Part shown: in pieces, positions 47,283-54,784 of the stretch
Layout of the letters: each line of letters starts with the position of its first letter
Numbering within the stretch: position 1 is the stretch's first letter
Source of the DNA: Alphaproteobacteria bacterium
Lineage (GTDB): Bacteria; Pseudomonadota; Alphaproteobacteria; MPNO01
Direction: 5' to 3'
NCBI GenBank assembly: GCA_964291675.2
Contig: OZ219866.1
Coordinates: forward strand, 3,264,001 to 3,328,000
Length of the DNA stretch: 64,000 nucleotides
Notes under the pieces: model-generated
What the model was told of the DNA's origin: nothing
Seen by the model: only the letters and a program-made list of their open reading frames with translations
Database searches by the model: none
Made by a program: the position numbers and the translations under genes

Positions 47283-47386
47283 GTCCTTCGATACGGGGCT
47301 TCGCGCCTACTCAGGATGAGGAATCCTGCATGTGGCATACCAGCACCTCATCCTGAGTAGCCCGCCGCAGGCGGGCGTATCGAAGG
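47283..47386. repeat. REP-like inverted pair (family 2) in a divergent intergenic region
   Basis: GTCCTTCGATAC...CTACTCAGGATGAGG / CCTCATCCTGAGTAG...GTATCGAAGG, same family as 12519-12629. Confidence 0.8.
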
Positions 47387-47427
47387 CCGCCCTTGCCCGC
47401 GCCCGTCCGCGCCCGCAAGATCGACCG

Positions 47428-48528
47428 ATGGGCATCCGGTCGGTCGCGGTGATGGGGGCGGGGCATGGCGGCCATGCGGCGGCCGCGGATCTCGCGCGCC
47501 GCGGCTTCGAGGTCCGGCTGCATGCGAGGCGCGAGGATTCGCTTCAGCCGATCCGCGACAATGGCGGGATCGATGCGCGCGGCGTGTTCGAGGGTCGCGC
47601 GATGCCGGCGCTCTTGACCACCGACGTGGCCGAGGCGGTCGATGGCGCCGACCTGGTCATGCTCGTGGTGCCCTCGGTCGCGCATGCCTACTACGCCGAG
47701 CGCCTTGCCGGGATGCTGGAAGAAGGGGTTCCCGTCTTCCTCGACCCCGGCCATACCGGTGGCGGGCTCCACTTCCGCGCCGAGATGCGCCGCGCCGGGC
47801 ACGCCGCCCCGATCGAGACCTGCGAGACGGTGACGCTCACCTTCATCAGCCGGATCGAGGCGCCAGCCACCGTCGGCATCTACAGCTACACGAAATCGCT
47901 GATGTTCGCGGCGCTGCCCGGCACCGCGACGGCACGGCTGCACGAGGCGGTCTCGCCGCTGTTCCCCGAAATCCGCCCCGCCTCCAGCGTGCTGGAGACC
48001 GGGCTTGCCAATATCAACGCCGTCTTCCATCCGCCCGGCATGCTGCTGAATGCCGGGTGGATCGAATCGACCGGCGGCGACTTCCTGTTCTACCGCGAGG
48101 GGGTGACCGATGCGGTCGGCAGGGTGACGGCGGAGATCGACGCCGAACGACTCGCCGTCGCGCGCGCGCTCGACGTGCCGGCGACCCCCTTCCTCGAAAT
48201 CTTCCGCAATGCCGGGCTGACCACGCGGGAGGCGATGGAGAGCGGCTCGATCTCGCGCGCCTGCCGGGAGAGCGCGCCCAACGCGACGCTCAGGAGCCCG
48301 CCCTCGCTCGACCACCGCTACGTGCACGAGGACGTGGGCTACGGGCTGGTTCCGTTTGCCGCCTTCGGCCGGCTGGCGGGCGTGCCGACGCCGACCATCG
48401 ACGCCCATGTCGCGCTGCTCTCGGCGACGACCGGAATCGACTACGCCAGCGAGGGACTCACCCTCGAACGCATGGGGATCGCCGGCCTCGATGCGGCGGC
48501 GCTGCATCGCCTGGTGCAGCAGGGATGA
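47428..48528 (+). CDS. NAD/NADP octopine/opine dehydrogenase family
   Basis: GAGHGG.A.AA.L, ET.TL, N.NAVFHP, FY.EG, RYVHEDV.YGL. Confidence 0.9.
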   Translation: MGIRSVAVMGAGHGGHAAAADLARRGFEVRLHARREDSLQPIRDNGGIDARGVFEGRAMPALLTTDVAEAVDGADLVMLVVPSVAHAYYAERLAGMLEEGVPVFLDPGHTGGGLHFRAEMRRAGHAAPIETCETVTLTFISRIEAPATVGIYSYTKSLMFAALPGTATARLHEAVSPLFPEIRPASSVLETGLANINAVFHPPGMLLNAGWIESTGGDFLFYREGVTDAVGRVTAEIDAERLAVARALDVPATPFLEIFRNAGLTTREAMESGSISRACRESAPNATLRSPPSLDHRYVHEDVGYGLVPFAAFGRLAGVPTPTIDAHVALLSATTGIDYASEGLTLERMGIAGLDAAALHRLVQQG

Positions 48529-49511
48529 GCGGCTTCGGGGTGAGCTTCGACGGCTTCGCGAGCTTCGCAGATGCGCTCGCGCTCGCCCGCCGCGCCGAGG
48601 CGGCGGGCGCGGACGGGCTGTGGATGGCCGAGCATCTGGGCTACCGCCAGTCCCTGGTCTCCTGCACCGCCTTCGCGCTCCGCACCGCGCGCGCCACCGT
48701 GGTGCCGACCGCGATCAGCCCCTATCTCTGGTCGCCGGTCTCGGTGGCGATGGCGATGGCGACCATCGCCGAGGCGGCGCCCGGACGTGCCGCGCTCGCG
48801 CTCGGCTCGGGCAACCCGATGTTCCTCGCCGAGGCGGGCGCGAAGCTGGAGAAGCCGCTCGCGGCCATGCGCGAGTTCATCGCCTGTCTGCGCCAGCTCT
48901 GGTCCGGCGAGAAGGGCGCCTTCGAGGGCGAGATGTTCCGCCTCGACGGCATGCGCATGGCCTTCCTGCCGCCTGAGCCGATCCCGCTCTACCTCGCCGC
49001 GATGGGACCCAGGATGCTGCGGCTCGCCGGCGAGCTCGCCGACGGGGTGGTGCTGTCGGCCGGGCTCACGGCCGGGTATTGCGCCCAATCCCTCGCCACG
49101 GTCGAAGCCGGCGCGAAAGAGGCGGGCCGCGACCCGGCGGCGCTCAGGCGCGCGGCCTATGTCTACATCGCCGTCGATCCCGACCGGGCGGCGGCGGTCG
49201 AGCGTCTGCGGCCCAAAATCGCCTTCATGATGCGCAACGATTTCGTCGCCCCGAGCGTCGCCGGATCCGGCATCGCCGTCGACCGGGATGCGGTCAAGGA
49301 CGCGATCGCGCGGCGCGACATGGACGCGGCCGCGGCGCTGATCCCCGACGAGGCGGTCGAGGCGTTCGCCGTCTGCGGCACGGCCGACGACTGCGCGGCG
49401 CGCATCGCCCAGTACCGCGCCACCGGGATCGAGGAGATCGTGCTGCTGATCGCAGGCGACGCGGCGGGCGAGACGGCCGCGCTCGAGCTGATCGGCGCGC
49501 TCGGTGCATAG
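48525..49511 (+). CDS. LLM-class flavin/F420-dependent oxidoreductase (Mer-like)
   Basis: AEAAG..LWMAEH, LALGSG, PLYLAAMGPRMLRLAGELADGV; ATGA coupling. Confidence 0.88.
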   Translation: MSGFGVSFDGFASFADALALARRAEAAGADGLWMAEHLGYRQSLVSCTAFALRTARATVVPTAISPYLWSPVSVAMAMATIAEAAPGRAALALGSGNPMFLAEAGAKLEKPLAAMREFIACLRQLWSGEKGAFEGEMFRLDGMRMAFLPPEPIPLYLAAMGPRMLRLAGELADGVVLSAGLTAGYCAQSLATVEAGAKEAGRDPAALRRAAYVYIAVDPDRAAAVERLRPKIAFMMRNDFVAPSVAGSGIAVDRDAVKDAIARRDMDAAAALIPDEAVEAFAVCGTADDCAARIAQYRATGIEEIVLLIAGDAAGETAALELIGALGA

Positions 49512-49530
49512 CCGCGATCTGTGAAGGGCG

Positions 49531-50181
49531 TCAATCGGCGCTTGCGGGCCTGACAAAACGGAAATCCTCGCGCAAGCGAGCAATGTCAACGCTTCCCCAG
49601 CATCGGGCGGTGAGTTGCGCGCCCTTTGGAGGGAACGCCCCGTGGATCACCTTGATGCCTCTGGTTTCGAGGAATTCGGCCACCGGTACAAAATCCCGGT
49701 CGGACGACACCAGAACGGCGATGTCATAGTTGTCGACCCAGGCAAGACTGATCATGTCGGTTGCCATGCGGACATCGACGCCTTTTTCCTCGGTCCCCCG
49801 CATATCCGACCCACAGGCAGGGCATTGGCCCACCGCCGCATGGCAGGCAGGGCAAGCCGGTGGCGACCGCTTCCGCTGGCGCGGAACGATCGATACGCTC
49901 ACGCCGGGAAACGTGTTCACTACTGTTGTCGCCCACCGGCGAAGTTTCCGATCCGCTCCGCTGACCGGATCGTATGAGCCATAGAAGTTGAGGCCTTGGT
50001 ACTCGCCCGTCGCGGCGGTATCGACAACTGACGTCGCCGCTCTCGACAACGCCTGACCCAGCCTTGTCCAGTCGGTGCGGAACGCCGCATCGGCATCTCG
50101 CATCGAAAGCGTGTAGTTCCAGAAATCGACGAACACCCGGACCCAGTGGCGTGGACTACGGATCGGATCGTCACCGGTCAT
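49531..50181 (-). CDS. NYN domain (PIN-fold, LabA/DUF88) nuclease with inserted CxxC-CxxC Zn ribbon
   Basis: VFVDFWN, CPAC...CPAC, EEKGVD, YDIAVLVSSDRDF.P; lower GC than the flanks. Confidence 0.88.
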   Translation of the reverse strand: MTGDDPIRSPRHWVRVFVDFWNYTLSMRDADAAFRTDWTRLGQALSRAATSVVDTAATGEYQGLNFYGSYDPVSGADRKLRRWATTVVNTFPGVSVSIVPRQRKRSPPACPACHAAVGQCPACGSDMRGTEEKGVDVRMATDMISLAWVDNYDIAVLVSSDRDFVPVAEFLETRGIKVIHGAFPPKGAQLTARCWGSVDIARLREDFRFVRPASAD

Positions 50182-50188
50182 GGCAGTC

Positions 50189-50289
50189 GGCACAAGATAT
50201 ACAGGGACGCGCGAGGCGTCCCTGGGGTCAGGATGATCGGACCCCGTATCTCCCTGTCTGGGCGGTAGTCCGATGGGTCATCTTGCACC
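50189..50289 (-). ncRNA. Putative structured leader RNA / cis-encoded ncRNA upstream of the NYN gene
   Basis: 10-bp closing stem GGUGCAAGAU/AUCUUGUGCC, 9-bp hairpin CAGGGACGC/GCGUCCCUG, alternative stems GGGGUC/GACCCC and AUCGGAC/GUCCGAU. Confidence 0.5.
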
Positions 50290-50291
50290 GC

Positions 50292-50320
50292 AATGTATAC
50301 CCCTGCAGCGGGAATTGCAA
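50292..50320 (-). promoter_or_regulatory. Sigma70-like promoter for the leader RNA and NYN gene
   Basis: Minus strand TTGCAA (50320-50315), 17 bp, TACATT (50297-50292). Confidence 0.6.
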
Positions 50321-50343
50321 TCCGCTCCGCGAGCCCGCCGCGC

Positions 50344-51450
50344 TCAGCCGATGACGATCAGCCGGTCGTTGTCGGTGGCGTCGGACAGGAGCTCGGCGCC
50401 GCGCTCCGCGACCGCCACCATGTCCTTGAGCTGCATGCCGTAGCCGTGGCCGGTGCGGTAGACCAGCGGCTCGAAGCCCATGACCGTGCCGGCCCGAAGC
50501 ACGGTGTCGTCATGCGCGGCGAGATAGGGCGCCTCGTGCAGATTGAGCCCGATGCCGTGCCCGACGAAGGCGATGGGCGGCAGGCCGAGCTTGCCGAACT
50601 CCGCGAGGAAGGCGGCGTAGATGTCGCTGGCGACCGCGCCCGGGCGGATCATGTCCAAGAGCATGTGCTTGCAGCCCACCAGATTGGCCCAGATCCGCTC
50701 GGCGTGCTCGGGCGGCTCGCTCACCGCCGCCGTGCGGCAGACCCCGGCATGGTAGCCGCCGATCATCGAGAAGATCTCGACCCGGCAGACATCGCGCGGT
50801 TCGAGCACGCGGTCGGTCGGCCCGACATTGGGGAGCTCGCTGCGCGGGCCGGTGGCGACGATCATCAGCCGGAACTGCTCCGCCCCCTGTTCGTAGACGC
50901 TCCGGGTCAGCGCCGCGCCGAGGTCCATCTCGGTATCGCCCGGCGAGACCGCGGCGAAGGCATCGCCGATCGCGCGATCGGAAATCCGCGAGAGCCGACG
51001 TAAAAGGTCGATCTCGTCCGGCGTCTTGATCCGCCGCATGCCGTCGAGCGCCGCGTCGATGGCGACGAACTCCGCTGTCGGCATCGCCGCCTGGAGGCGG
51101 GCGAAATCGGCCGCCGGCAAATAGTCGAGCTCGATCCCGATGCGCGCGAAGCCGAGTCGGGCGAGCTCGTCGGCGAGCACCGCCATCGCGTCGTCGGTGA
51201 ACTCGCCCCAGGCGCGCACCGGCACCTCGCCCGCCCGCCCGGCGACGGTGGTCTCCTCCATGTCGACGCAGACATAGGCGGTGTCCGTGTGCCCGACGAC
51301 GGCCATCGCGTGGCGCCAGCGCATGATCGGCTGCGAGGGGACGACGAAGCCTGCGACCCAGCCGAAATTCTCCGGCGAGACCGCCACCGCCGCGTCCAGC
51401 CCGGCGCGTTCCATCTCCGCCCGCAGGCGGCTCAGCACCGCGTCACGCAT
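50344..51450 (-). CDS. M24 (Xaa-Pro peptidase/creatinase) fold hydrolase with atypical metal ligands
   Basis: R.IKTPDEI, GHGIGL.LHE.P, FEP; ligand positions read GYHAGVCRT and MQLKD. Confidence 0.85.
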   Translation of the reverse strand: MRDAVLSRLRAEMERAGLDAAVAVSPENFGWVAGFVVPSQPIMRWRHAMAVVGHTDTAYVCVDMEETTVAGRAGEVPVRAWGEFTDDAMAVLADELARLGFARIGIELDYLPAADFARLQAAMPTAEFVAIDAALDGMRRIKTPDEIDLLRRLSRISDRAIGDAFAAVSPGDTEMDLGAALTRSVYEQGAEQFRLMIVATGPRSELPNVGPTDRVLEPRDVCRVEIFSMIGGYHAGVCRTAAVSEPPEHAERIWANLVGCKHMLLDMIRPGAVASDIYAAFLAEFGKLGLPPIAFVGHGIGLNLHEAPYLAAHDDTVLRAGTVMGFEPLVYRTGHGYGMQLKDMVAVAERGAELLSDATDNDRLIVIG

Positions 51451-52615
51451 CGCCCGTCTCCACCCGGTAGCGTTCGATCTTGGCCTCGTCGATGTCGACC
51501 CCCATGCCCGGCCCGTCCGGCACCGGCACCGCCCCGTCGACATGGGCGAGCGGAGCCGAGATCAGGTCGTCGGTGTAGTAGACCCCGCCGATGCGCCCCT
51601 TCCGGTGCTCCGCCGGCATCGAGACCGGGACGACGCAGCTCAGCGTCACCGGCTCGGCGGCGGCGGCGAGCTGGAGGTTGGCGAGGTTGCCCACCCCGGT
51701 CTCGACCGAGCCGTTGACGTTGGAGATCAGCCCGGCCGCCCGGGCCACCGCGGCGACCTGCATGGCGCGGTAGAGACCGCCCGGCTTGGTGGTGTAGATC
51801 GAGACGATGTCGGCGGCGCGTCGCTCGGCGATCTCGATCACGTCGCGCGCGTTCCACGCGCTCTCGTCGGCCATCAGCGGCACGCCGATCGCGCGCCGCA
51901 CCTCGGCGAGGCCGTCGATCCCCTCGACCGGCTGCTCGGCGTAGATCAGCCCGGCCGGCTCCATCCTGCGGATGATCCTGACCGCCTCGTAGGGCGTGGC
52001 GTAGCCGCAATTGGCATCGACGCAGAGCCGGGTCGCCGGGCCCACCGCCTCGCGGATGCGGTGCACGATCTCGACATCGCGCTCGGGATCGACGCCGACC
52101 TTGATCTTGATCGTCTTGATGCCCTCGGCGACGACGATCCTGCATTCCTCGACCGCTTCGTCGATGGCGAGCAGGCCGATCGAATGGGTGATCGGCACCG
52201 AGTCCCTGAGCTTCCCGCCGAGCAGGCGGTGGACCGGCACGCCGAAGCTGCGCCCGGCGAGGTCGTAGGCCGCCATCTCGACCGCGCCCTTGGCATAGGG
52301 GTAGCCCTTGACCGCGGCATCCATCGCCGCGTGCAGCAGGGCCGGCTGCGCCGCATCCAGCCCGATCGCGGCGGGTGCCAGGTAGGTCTCGATCACCAGC
52401 CGCGCGGTAGCCGGCGATTCGCCGAAATAGCGCCCGTAATCGCCGCCCCAGTCTTTTAGCGCCGACGCCTCGCCCCAGCCGACGAGCCCATTGTCGCCGG
52501 TCATGCGGACCAGGATGTAGCCGCCGATGGGCTCGGTGAGCCCGGTCCATTTGTGCTCGCGGCGCGTCGGCAGGGATACCTGCACGGTCTCGATTGCGGC
52601 GATTCTCGCGGTCAT
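51443..52615 (-). CDS. Enolase superfamily (muconate lactonizing enzyme / mandelate racemase) protein
   Basis: GWGE, EMA.YDL.G, KIKVG, VDAN, EQP, ADES, GPGMG. Confidence 0.9.
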   Translation of the reverse strand: MTARIAAIETVQVSLPTRREHKWTGLTEPIGGYILVRMTGDNGLVGWGEASALKDWGGDYGRYFGESPATARLVIETYLAPAAIGLDAAQPALLHAAMDAAVKGYPYAKGAVEMAAYDLAGRSFGVPVHRLLGGKLRDSVPITHSIGLLAIDEAVEECRIVVAEGIKTIKIKVGVDPERDVEIVHRIREAVGPATRLCVDANCGYATPYEAVRIIRRMEPAGLIYAEQPVEGIDGLAEVRRAIGVPLMADESAWNARDVIEIAERRAADIVSIYTTKPGGLYRAMQVAAVARAAGLISNVNGSVETGVGNLANLQLAAAAEPVTLSCVVPVSMPAEHRKGRIGGVYYTDDLISAPLAHVDGAVPVPDGPGMGVDIDEAKIERYRVETGDA

Positions 52616-52696
52616 CGCTTCCTCCCGCCCGTTGCCCTATCGCGAAACCGGGGCCCGCGCAAGCCGCCGGCAGGCGCATTGCCGGGCGGCGCGGCA

Positions 52697-52729
52697 TGGG
52701 GTAGAAAGAGCCTCGCATCGTCTACCCCA
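52697..52729 (+). promoter_or_regulatory. Inverted repeat, probable VapBC operator
   Basis: TGGGGTAGA-15 bp-TCTACCCCA, 10 bp before the vapB start. Confidence 0.55.
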
Positions 52730-52739
52730 GGGGTCCGCG

Positions 52740-52997
52740 ATGAGCCTCAACATCAAGAACGCCGAAACCTGCCGCCTCGCCGCCGAGCTCGCCGAGCTGA
52801 CCGGCGAGACCAAGACCGGCGCGATCACCGTCGCGCTCCGCGAGCGCCTGGCGCGCGAGAGGCGGGCGCGCGACAAGGAAGCGCTGCTTCGCGACATCCG
52901 CGCCATCGCCGAGAGCTGCGCGAGCCTCATGGGACCGGGACCCTCATCGGACGAGATCGGCGACTTTCTCTACGATGAGCGCGGGTTGCCGAAATGA
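52740..52997 (+). CDS. vapB: VapB antitoxin (Rv0623-like)
   Basis: MSLNIKN.E...LA.ELA.LTGE.KT.AI..AL.ERL...LYDERGLP. Confidence 0.9.
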   Translation: MSLNIKNAETCRLAAELAELTGETKTGAITVALRERLARERRARDKEALLRDIRAIAESCASLMGPGPSSDEIGDFLYDERGLPK

Positions 52998-53380
52998 TCA
53001 TCGACAGTTCGGCGGTCGTGGCGATCCTCAACCGCGAGCCGGAGGCCGAACGCTACGAGGAGGCGATCGCCACGGCCACACAACCGCGCGTTTCCGTCGC
53101 CAGCCTGTTGGAGGCATCCATCGTCGTGGAGGGCAGGGGTGGCGCTGCGGCGGGCGATCAACTCGACCTCCTTGTCCAACGTTTCGGAATTGCGTTGGAG
53201 CCGGTGACGGTCGAGCAGATGCAGGCCGCCCGCCGCGCCTGGCGGCGCTTCGGCCGGGGCAACCACCCGGCGGCGCTCAATTTCGGCGACTGCTTCGCCT
53301 ACGCGCTGGCCGAGACCACCGGCGAGAAGCTGCTCTACAAGGGCGAGGACTTCGCCAGGACCGACGTGGAGGCGGCGTGA
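52994..53380 (+). CDS. vapC: VapC PIN toxin
   Basis: IIDSSAVVAI...EPE, GRGNHPAALNFGDCFAYALA, LLYKGEDF..TD. Confidence 0.93.
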   Translation: MIIDSSAVVAILNREPEAERYEEAIATATQPRVSVASLLEASIVVEGRGGAAAGDQLDLLVQRFGIALEPVTVEQMQAARRAWRRFGRGNHPAALNFGDCFAYALAETTGEKLLYKGEDFARTDVEAA

Positions 53381-53467
53381 GGCTCGTCAGGTCTGACATG
53401 TGGCTGTACGATGGCGTAGTTCCCGGCATCCCCGGCGGACGGATTCGACAGCGGGCGAGGGATGGCG

Positions 53468-53692
53468 ATGGGCGAATGTCCTATCGAGAGCAACTCCGAG
53501 ATCCTCGGGGGCGTCCCGGTGTTTTCCGGCACTCGGGTTCCGGTGCGTATCCTGATCGAGCATCTGGAGGCGGGCGACCGGCTGGACGAGTTCCTGGAGG
53601 ACTTCCCCACGGTCTCGCGCGATCAGGCCGTCGCCGTTCTCGAACGGGCGAAGGCGATGCTGGCCGGCGAGGCGCATGAAGCTGCTGCTTGA
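53468..53692 (+). CDS. DUF433 antitoxin
   Basis: ILGGVPVFSGTRVPV..L...LEAG...DEFLEDFPTV. Confidence 0.88.
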   Translation: MGECPIESNSEILGGVPVFSGTRVPVRILIEHLEAGDRLDEFLEDFPTVSRDQAVAVLERAKAMLAGEAHEAAA

Positions 53693-54002
53693 CGAGTCCG
53701 CGCCGAGGCGGCTCGCCGCGTCCTTTCCCCAATCGATCGAGGTTTGCACCGTCCAAGAGATGGGATGGGCGGGGAGCACGAATGGGGAACTACTACGACT
53801 CGCCGCGGCAGACGGGTTCGATGCCCTCCTCACCGTGGACCGCGGCTTCGAACACGAGCAAAATCCCGACAACCTGCCTGTTCCCGTGATCATCGCGATC
53901 GCCGCCCGAAGCCGTCTTTCGGAACTGCGGCCTCTGGTCCCCGATGTCGTGGCGGTACTGTCCAGAAGTCTGGAGCGGCGAATCTACCGCGTCCAGGCCT
54001 GA
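53676..54002 (+). CDS. DUF5615 PIN-like toxin (VapC45-like)
   Basis: MKLLLDES, GW.G..NGELL..A, FDALLT.D; overlaps the DUF433 gene. Confidence 0.85.
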   Translation: MKLLLDESAPRRLAASFPQSIEVCTVQEMGWAGSTNGELLRLAAADGFDALLTVDRGFEHEQNPDNLPVPVIIAIAARSRLSELRPLVPDVVAVLSRSLERRIYRVQA

Positions 54003-54011
54003 CCGCCGCCC

Positions 54012-54647
54012 CTACTTGTCCTTGATCCCCCTGAGCGCCTCCTTGCCCCAGATGTCGCGCAGGCGTTTGTCGCGGCCGCAGCCGAAGCGGTAGAAGCGGT
54101 AGCGTAGCGGGTCCTTGACGTAATACTCCTGGTGGTAGGCCTCGGCCGGGTAGAAGGCCTTGGCCATCAGGATCGGGGTGACGATCGAGCCCTTGAGCGT
54201 GCCGGAGTCGTTGATCGCCCGCTTGGTGGCGATGGCCGCGCGCTGCTGCTCCGGCGTGTGAAAGAACACCGCGGTCCGGTAGCTGTCGCCGCGGTCGCAG
54301 AACTGCCCGCCGGCGTCGGTCGGATCGACCGAGTGCCAGAACACGTCGAGCAGTTCCTCGTAGCTCACCTTGGCCGGGTCGTAGGTGATGCGGACCGCCT
54401 CGTAATGCCCGGTATTGCCCCCGGTGACAGCCTTGTAGGTCGGGTTCTCCAGCGTGCCGCCGGTATAGCCGGACACCGTCTCCAGCACCCCCGGCACCTT
54501 GTCGAAATCGGACTCCACGCACCAGAAACAGCCGCCCGCGAAGGTCGCGACCGCCTGGGCGGCCGAGGCCGCGCCGGCCGAACCCGCGAGAGCCGCGGCG
54601 GTGAGCAGCGCGCCCGCCGCCCGTTTGACGATCGATGTCGTGCCCAT
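54012..54647 (-). CDS. msrA: Peptide-methionine (S)-S-oxide reductase, exported
   Basis: FAGGCFWCVE, SGYTGG, GHYE, GQFCDRG, FYPAEAYHQ.Y; Ala-rich signal peptide. Confidence 0.95.
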   Translation of the reverse strand: MGTTSIVKRAAGALLTAAALAGSAGAASAAQAVATFAGGCFWCVESDFDKVPGVLETVSGYTGGTLENPTYKAVTGGNTGHYEAVRITYDPAKVSYEELLDVFWHSVDPTDAGGQFCDRGDSYRTAVFFHTPEQQRAAIATKRAINDSGTLKGSIVTPILMAKAFYPAEAYHQEYYVKDPLRYRFYRFGCGRDKRLRDIWGKEALRGIKDK

Positions 54648-54784
54648 GCCGCTTTCCTCCCCTGTCGGCAGTCGCGTTCCCGACCGAGATGGGCGCGCAA
54701 GCGGCGTCTTGCAACCCCCCGCGTGCTTGCCCGCGCCCGGCGAATTGACGACCATCGGCGGCGCCCGGCAAGGGGGGAGAGGCG

